Shown: in pieces, positions 57,808 to 64,000 of the stretch
Layout of the letters: each line of letters opens with the position of its first letter
How positions within the stretch are numbered: position 1 is the stretch's first letter
NCBI GenBank assembly: GCA_963789955.1
Contig: CAWBMV010000012.1
Coordinates: forward strand, 96,001 to 160,000
Length of the DNA stretch: 64,000 nt
DNA from: an uncultured Candidatus Rokubacteria bacterium
GTDB taxonomy: Bacteria > Methylomirabilota > Methylomirabilia > Rokubacteriales > CSP1-6
Reading direction: 5' to 3'
The notes under the pieces: model-generated
Database searches by the model: none
Told to the model about the DNA's origin: nothing
Seen by the model: only the letters and a program-made list of their open reading frames with translations
Program-made: the position numbers and the translations under genes

Positions 57808-59357
57808 TCAGCTCTTCTTCAGGCGCACGTCTTCGAGCGGCGCCGACCACGGATAGGGATTGATCAGCATGAGCGCCGGGTTCTCGACGCGCGGCCCGAT
57901 TCCGCTGGGCCAGATGTACTCGAAGATCGGCGCGATGCGCGTGCGCTCGTTCATGATCTGCTGGATCTGGTGCAGGAGCGCCTCGCGCTTCTTGCGGTCG
58001 GTCTCGCGCCCCTGCTGCTTGTAGAGCGCGTCGGTGTCGGGATAGCCGCCGTAGGCGTAGGCGCCCTCGCTGGGATAGATCTCGGACATCCGCGAGGCGG
58101 CGTTGCCGTAGAGCGCGCTCGAGCAGACGCAGAGCCCCTTGGCCTTCTTGGACTGCACCGCCGCGAAGTACGCGGCGCGTTCCATCGGCCGCATCTTGAG
58201 CTTGATGCCGACCGCCTGGAGGTTGCCGATGATCGCCTCGCCGAGCGAGAAGTACGGCGGCAGCTGGTAGAGCTCGCCGGCGTCGAAGCCGTTCGGATAG
58301 CCGGCTTCGGCCAGGAGCTGCTTGGCCCGCGCGGGATTGTGCGGTAGCGGCTCGATCGGCAGCGCGAAGTCGAAGGCGCGCGGGATGAAGTTGCCGGCGG
58401 GCTTCGAGGCGCCGAGCGTCTCGGCGTCGGACAGGGCCTGGCGATCGAGGGCGTAGCTGGCGGCCAACCGCACGCGCTTGTCGGCCCACGGCGACTTCGG
58501 ATCCCACTGGTCGAGGAAGTCGAGGAAGAAGATCGCGATCCCGCCGGAGAACGCGAGCTTGAGGTTGGGATCGCGCTTCAGCTCCTGCGCCTGCGGCACC
58601 TCGAGGAGATACGCGATGTCCACTTCGCCGCGCTTGAGCATCGCCGCGCGCGTCGTGGATTCCGGGACGCACCTTGTAGACCAGGCGCTTCACGGACGGC
58701 ACCTTGCGCCAGTAGTTCTCGTTGGCTTCCATGACCAGCTCGATCCCGGGATTGTGGCTGACGAACTTGTAAGGACCGAGCCCGATCGGGTTCTTCTTGA
58801 ATCCGTCGTCGCCGACCTTCTCGATGTAGCTTCTTCGGGACGATCCAGCCGGCGCCGGTCGCCATGGTCCCGTAGAAGGCCATGAAATCCGGGAACGGCT
58901 CGTGGAGCTGGAAGCGCACGCGGTACGGGCTGACGATCACGACTTCCTTGACGCGGTCGTGCAGGACCTTCGAGCCCTTGGCGCGGAGAAAGCTGAACTT
59001 CACGTCCTCGGCGGTGAACGGATCGCCGTTGTGGAATTTCAGCCCTTCGCGCAGCTTGAATTCGTACGCGCGCTGATCGGGGCTGACGGTCCAGGATTCG
59101 GCGAGGCTCGGCGTCATCTGGTTGCCGGGCATCGGCTTCACGAGGGCATCGTGCATCGCATACAGGACCCAGAACGGCGTGATCTGGCCGACGACCTCAC
59201 CGGGATCGAACCACACCGGCGAGAGCGTCACGTAGAGGGCCCACCGCATTTCACCTTCGGGTTTGTTCTGAGCAGCGGACCGGTCGAGGAGACCGCCCGC
59301 GAGGAGTGCGAACACCAGGGCGAGACTGCCGAGCGCGAGACGTCGCTTGTCGTTCAT
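57808..59357 (-). CDS. ABC transporter substrate-binding protein family 5 (frameshifts near 58830 and 58670)
   Basis: Signal peptide; PSLAESW, LREG.KFHNG.PFTAEDV, GLGPYKF, D.RVR.A and A.QLLAEAGYPNGF motifs. Confidence 0.88.
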
Positions 59358-59401
59358 GGGCTTTTTGTATCACATCGCCTCGCGTATACTGCCGCACCAT
59401 C

Positions 59402-61765
59402 ATGAGCAATCCCGTCACCGTCGAGAAATTCGCGATCGGGCAGTCGGTACGCCGCGTCGAGGACCCGCGTCTTCTGCAGGGATTCGGCCGCTACTCGGAC
59501 GATGTGAACCTGCCGCATCAAGCCTATGCCGTCGTCGTGCGCTCTGCCGCATGCGCATGCCGGCATCCGGTCGATCGACACGACGGCGGCCCGCAACGCC
59601 GCCGGCGTCCTCGCCGTGCTCACCGGCGCCGATCTCGCGGCCGACGGGCTCGGCGACCTGCCGACCGACAAGTCTCGCAAGCGGCGCGACGGGTCGCCGG
59701 CGTTCACGACGCCGCGGCCGGCGCTGATCCGCGACCGCGTCCGCCACGTCGGTGACCCGGTCGCGCTCGTCGTCGCCGACACGATGGAGCGGGCCGTCGA
59801 CGCCGCCGAGCTCGTCGCCGTCGACTACGAGGCGCTGCCGGCGGTCGCCGCGACGGCCGATGCGGTGCGCCCGGGCGCGCCGGCGGTGTGGGCCCAGGCG
59901 CCGGACAACGTCGCCTTCGTCTGGGAGGCCGGCAACAAGGACGGCGCCGCGCGCGGCCTCGCCGCCGCGGCCCACGTCGTCCGTCTCGACTTCGTGGTGT
60001 CGCGCGTGGCCGCCGCGCCGATGGAGCCGCGCGGTGCCGTCGGCGAGTGGGACCGGCGCACCGGTCGCTACACGCTGCACACGGGCATCCAGGCGCCGCA
60101 TGGTCTGCGCACGCTTGCTCGCCGATCAGGTGCTCAAGGTGCCGCACAGCCACCTGCGCGTGATCACGGGCGAGGTCGGCGGAAGCTTCGGGATGAAGAG
60201 CGGTGTCTATCCCGAGGTCGTCCTGGTGCTGTGGGCCGCGAAACGACTGGGACGGCCGGTCAAGTGGACGTCCGATCGGCGCGAGGGCTTCGTCACCGAC
60301 GAGCACGGACGCGACAACGTCTCCACGGCCGAGCTCGGGCTCGACGCCAACGGCAAGTTCCTGGCGCTGCGCGTGGCGATCAGCCTGAACATCGGCGCCT
60401 ACCTCACGCCGCGCAGCGCGGGGCCCGGCACGAACAACGTCGGCGGTCTGGCGGGTGTCTACACGACGCCGGCGATCCACGTGCAGACCACCGGCGTGTT
60501 CTCGAACACGACGCCGACGGGGCCCTACCGCGGCGCCGGCCGGCCGGAGGCGACGTACGCGATCGAGCGCGTCATCGACGTCGCGGCGCGCGAGCTCAAG
60601 ATCGATCCGATCGAGCTGCGACGCCGCAACCTGATTCCGTCTTCGGCGATGCCGTTCAAGACGGGGCTCGTCTTCACCTACGACTGCGGTGAGTTCGGCC
60701 GCGGCATGGACCTGGCGCTCGGTCTCGCCGATCGGGCCGGGTTCGAGAAGCGGCGCGCCGAGGCCCAGCGGCACGGCAAGCTGCGGGGTCTGGGCATCGC
60801 CAACCCGATCGAGGTGGCCGGCGGGCCGTATACGGCGATGAACCCGGATACGGCCGAGCTGCGCGTCAATGCCGACGGCTCGGTCTCGCTGTTCGCGGGC
60901 TCGACGTCGATGGGCCAGGGCAACGAGACGGCGTTCGCGCAGATCGTGAGCGACAAGCTCGGTGTGCCGCCCGAGCGCATCCAGGTGTTCTGGGGCGACA
61001 GCGATTTGCTCGGCAACGGGCGCGGCAACGGCGGCTCGGGCGCCCTCACCGTGGGCGGCTCGGCGGTGACGCGCGCGACCGAGAAGGTCATCGAGCGCGG
61101 GCGCCGCATCGCCGCGCGGCTGCTCGAGGCCGCGCCGGACGATGTGATCCACCAGGATGGCAAGTTCACGGTGAAAGGCACGGACAAGGGCGTGACGTTC
61201 GCGAACGTCGCGCGCGCGGCCTACGTGCCGCGCCAGCTGCCGCAGGGAATGGAGCCGGGCTTCAGCGAAGAGGCGTCGTTCACGCCGTCGGCCGTCACGT
61301 TCCCGAACGGCTCGCAGATCTGCGAGGTCGAGATCGACGCAGGAGACCGGCGCGGTGCGCGTGGTGCGTCACACCGTGGTCGACGACGTCGGGCGCATGG
61401 TGAACCCCATGCTCGTGAAGGGACAGATCCACGGCGGCGTGGTCCAGGGGCTCGGGCAGGGACTCTACGAGGAGCTGACCTACGACCCGACGACGGGCCA
61501 GCTGCTCGCCGGATCGTTCATGGACTACGCGATGCCGCGCGCCGACGACATGCCCAACTTCGACGTCGACTCGCACGAGGTGCCGACCGCGGTGAATCCG
61601 CTCGGCGCCAAAGGGGTGGGCGAGGCGGGCACCGTCGGCGCGCTGCCCGCGCTTCTCAACGCGGTCAACGACGCGCTGGCCCCGCTCGGCGTGCGCCATC
61701 TCGACATGCCGGTGACGCCGGAGCGCGTCTGGCGCGCGATCCAGGACGCCAAAGCTCGCCGCTGA
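59402..61765 (+). CDS. Xanthine dehydrogenase family molybdopterin-binding (CoxL/CutL-like) subunit (frameshifts near 59545, 60118 and 61340)
   Basis: IGQSV.R.ED.RL..G.G.Y.DD, MEPRG, VGGSFG.K, YRGAGRPE, GQG.ET, GQIHGG..QG.GQ and GAKGVGEAG motifs. Confidence 0.9.
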
Positions 61766-61781
61766 GCGGTCGGGAGGGTCT

Positions 61782-63272
61782 ATGGCGACGATCATCCGGG
61801 GTGGCCGTGTCCTCGACGTTCGCGCCCATCGGGCCGATGCCGCCGACGTCCTCGTCACCGGCGACACCATCACCGAGATCGGTGCGCCGGGCATGCCGGC
61901 GCCGGCCGATGCGACGGTGCTCGACGCGCGCGGCACACTCCTTCATCCCGGGCTGATCAATGCCCACACGCACGCCCACGGCAACCTCGCCAAGGGCATG
62001 GGCGACCGGTGGACGCTCGAGCTCTTGCTCACCGCCGGGCCGTGGATCAGCGGCGGGCGGACGCTCGAGGACAAGCATCTCAGCGCGAAGATCGGCGCGG
62101 TCGAGATGGTGCTGAAGGGCTGCACGGCCAGCTACGATCTCCCGCTCGAGTTTCCGGCGCCGACTCCCGAGGGACTCCACGCGGTCGGCAGCGCCTACGC
62201 GGCGGTCGGCATGCGCGCGGTCGTCGCGCCGATGGTCGCCGATCGGACGTTCTACGAAGCGATTCCGGGCCTGATGGACGTGCTCCCGCCGGCCTTGCAG
62301 CAGGACGTCGAGAAGCTACGCCCGGCGCCCTGGAAGACCAGCGTCGACAACATGCGGAGAGCGCTCTCCGAGTGGAAGCTCGACCGCGACCAGATCCGCC
62401 TGGCCGTCGCGCCGACGATCCCGCATCACTGCTCGGACGAGTTCATCCGCGCCTGCGTGGCGCTGGCCGCCGAGCACGGCGTCGGACTGCACACTCACGT
62501 CGCCGAGTCGAAGGTGCAGGCGATCGTCGGCCTGCAGCGCTACGGCAAGACGCTCACCGCGCACCTCGACGACCTCGGCGTGGTCAGCGACCGGTTCACG
62601 GTGGCCCACGGCGTGTGGCTCGACGAGGACGACATGCGGCGGCTCGGCGATCGCGGCGCCTCGGTCGCCCACAACCCGGGCAGCAACATGCGCCTGGGCA
62701 ACGGCCTGGCGGACATGCGCGCGATGCTCGAGCGCCGTGTGAACGTCGGCATCGGCACGGACGGCGCCAACTGCTCGGACAACCTGAACATGTACGAGTC
62801 GATGCGCCTGGCCTCGTTCGTGTCCAAGGCGCAGCGCCCGGATATCGAGCGCTGGGTGACCACGGACGAGGTGGCGCTGGCGGCGACGGAGGGCAGCGCG
62901 CGTGCGCTCGGCTTCCAGGGCCTGATCGGCCGGCTGGCCGCGGGCTACAAGGCCGACATCGTGTTTCTCGACCTGGGCCACGTCAACTGGATCCCGTTCA
63001 ACGATCCGACCAACCAGCTCGTTCATACCGAAGATGGCGGCGCGGTGACCCACGTGATGATCGGCGGCCGGATGGTCGTGCGAGATCGGCGGCTGACGAC
63101 GATCGACGTGGCCGCGCTCGGCCGCGAGGCCGAGGCGGCGCGCGAGCGGCTCGCGCGGCTCAACGCGCCCGGCCAGGCGCTCTACGAGCGACTCGCGGCG
63201 GTCGTCGGCCGGTTCTGTCCTGGTCTGGCCCACACGCCGTACCACGTCACCCGCTACGTCGGCCGGGCTTGA
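61782..63272 (+). CDS. Amidohydrolase (MTA/SAH deaminase/AtzA-like)
   Basis: PGLINAHTH, HTHVAES, AHGVW, HNP.SN..LG.G, GTDG and ADIV motifs. Confidence 0.92.
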   Translation: MATIIRGGRVLDVRAHRADAADVLVTGDTITEIGAPGMPAPADATVLDARGTLLHPGLINAHTHAHGNLAKGMGDRWTLELLLTAGPWISGGRTLEDKHLSAKIGAVEMVLKGCTASYDLPLEFPAPTPEGLHAVGSAYAAVGMRAVVAPMVADRTFYEAIPGLMDVLPPALQQDVEKLRPAPWKTSVDNMRRALSEWKLDRDQIRLAVAPTIPHHCSDEFIRACVALAAEHGVGLHTHVAESKVQAIVGLQRYGKTLTAHLDDLGVVSDRFTVAHGVWLDEDDMRRLGDRGASVAHNPGSNMRLGNGLADMRAMLERRVNVGIGTDGANCSDNLNMYESMRLASFVSKAQRPDIERWVTTDEVALAATEGSARALGFQGLIGRLAAGYKADIVFLDLGHVNWIPFNDPTNQLVHTEDGGAVTHVMIGGRMVVRDRRLTTIDVAALGREAEAARERLARLNAPGQALYERLAAVVGRFCPGLAHTPYHVTRYVGRA

Positions 63273-63395
63273 TCGGGCGCCCACAGTGCCGCTCGCGGCT
63301 TCGGACCTCGTGGTGACACAGCACCGAGTGAGCTCCGAGGCGGCGAAGGATACGCCGACTTCTCGCAGGCGTCACCGCGGACCTCGACTCATCCG

Positions 63396-64000
63396 TCACG
63401 CACGATCTGGTCTGACCCGCGAGCGAATCGCGGCGCCGGCGAACAGCTCGAGCGAGCGGCACACCTGCGCGTGTGAGAGGCCGCCGAAGCTGCACACGAG
63501 CAGGAGCGTGTCGACGCCGATCGCCTCGAGCCCGGCGACCTTTGCCGCGACCTCGTCGGGTGAGCCGATCAGCATGCCGCCGACGGCGGCGAGCTCGTCA
63601 TAGGTCTTTCCGCCCCAGACCCGGCCCGTCAGCTCCTTGAGGCGCGTGTCCGAGTATTCGCTCGGCAGGGGCGGTGCCGCGAGGGACGAGAGATACCAGA
63701 AGCCCTGGAGCGCCAGGGCGCCTTCGGCCCGCGCCGTCGCCGCCGTCTCGGCCACGTAGGTCTCGCGACAGAGCAGGAGCCGCGGTCGATACGGGCCTTC
63801 GCCGGCGGCGTCCGTGCGCGCGGCGACGGCCCCGCGATACTCCTCCACACAGCGCGCCACCACGTCGGTCGGCGTGAAGTGCATGGCGACCGGCCAGCCC
63901 CGCGCGCCGACGCGCGCGGCCGAGGCGGGACGGCTCGCCACCATGTGTAGCGGCGGGTGCGGCCGCTGGAAGGCACGAGGGCGCAGACTCAGCTCCGGAA
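63396..64000 (-). CDS. LLM class flavin-dependent oxidoreductase (5' part outside the window)
   Basis: RPRAFQRPHPP, YVAET...A, IGSPDEV and GGL.H..V..SL.LF motifs. Confidence 0.85.
   Translation of the reverse strand, partial: PELSLRPRAFQRPHPPLHMVASRPASAARVGARGWPVAMHFTPTDVVARCVEEYRGAVAARTDAAGEGPYRPRLLLCRETYVAETAATARAEGALALQGFWYLSSLAAPPLPSEYSDTRLKELTGRVWGGKTYDELAAVGGMLIGSPDEVAAKVAGLEAIGVDTLLLVCSFGGLSHAQVCRSLELFAGAAIRSRVRPDRA

Noticed and set aside
57808..57810. In-frame TGA between the SBP and the downstream SBP fragment as possible Sec or read-through
   Set aside because: The upstream protein is already complete and there is no redox motif; a deletion junction explains it better.
59752..61956. 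CoxL as a true aerobic CO dehydrogenase
   Set aside because: It lacks the form I AYxCSFR motif and adjacent coxM/coxS.
2433..63976. Numerous long antisense or alternative-frame ORFs (e.g. 2433-4100, 9688-11493, 39561-41702)
   Set aside because: These are Arg/Pro/Ala-rich shadow ORFs typical of high-GC DNA, overlapping well-supported genes.

Overview
This is a very GC-rich bacterial window. The gene repertoire resembles Ca. Rokubacteria/Methylomirabilota, which is an inference. It is packed with catabolic and redox enzymes: six luciferase-like (LLM) oxidoreductases, four SDRs, three 2-hydroxyacid dehydrogenases, three amidohydrolases, a Mo-bisPGD oxidoreductase, a xanthine dehydrogenase/CoxL-like large subunit and an AOR-family enzyme with a MoaD/ThiS partner. 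It also carries dinB, archaeal/eukaryal-type proS and two ABC substrate-binding proteins. About a dozen genes carry single-base frameshifts, most likely uncorrected long-read errors, and several gene fragments abut at deletion-like junctions. No rRNA, tRNA, CRISPR array, transposase or integrase was recognised. The most notable hidden feature is a probable selenoprotein at 40335-41976. Two annotated ORFs are one gene read through an in-frame UGA (motif H-U-S-T-C), followed by a bacterial SECIS-like hairpin with a GGUC loop; it looks like a UGSC-type (seleno)domain fused to a large partner domain. Other highlights: five sigma-54-type promoters, all in front of uncharacterised small or secreted proteins, including an unannotated 28-aa membrane peptide; a ~132-nt rod-shaped structured RNA candidate between two divergent sigma-54 promoters; a MoaD/ThiS protein whose Gly-Gly tail is repeated by a 45-bp tandem repeat; and a PaaR-type operator controlling a stand-alone PaaA-like diiron protein.
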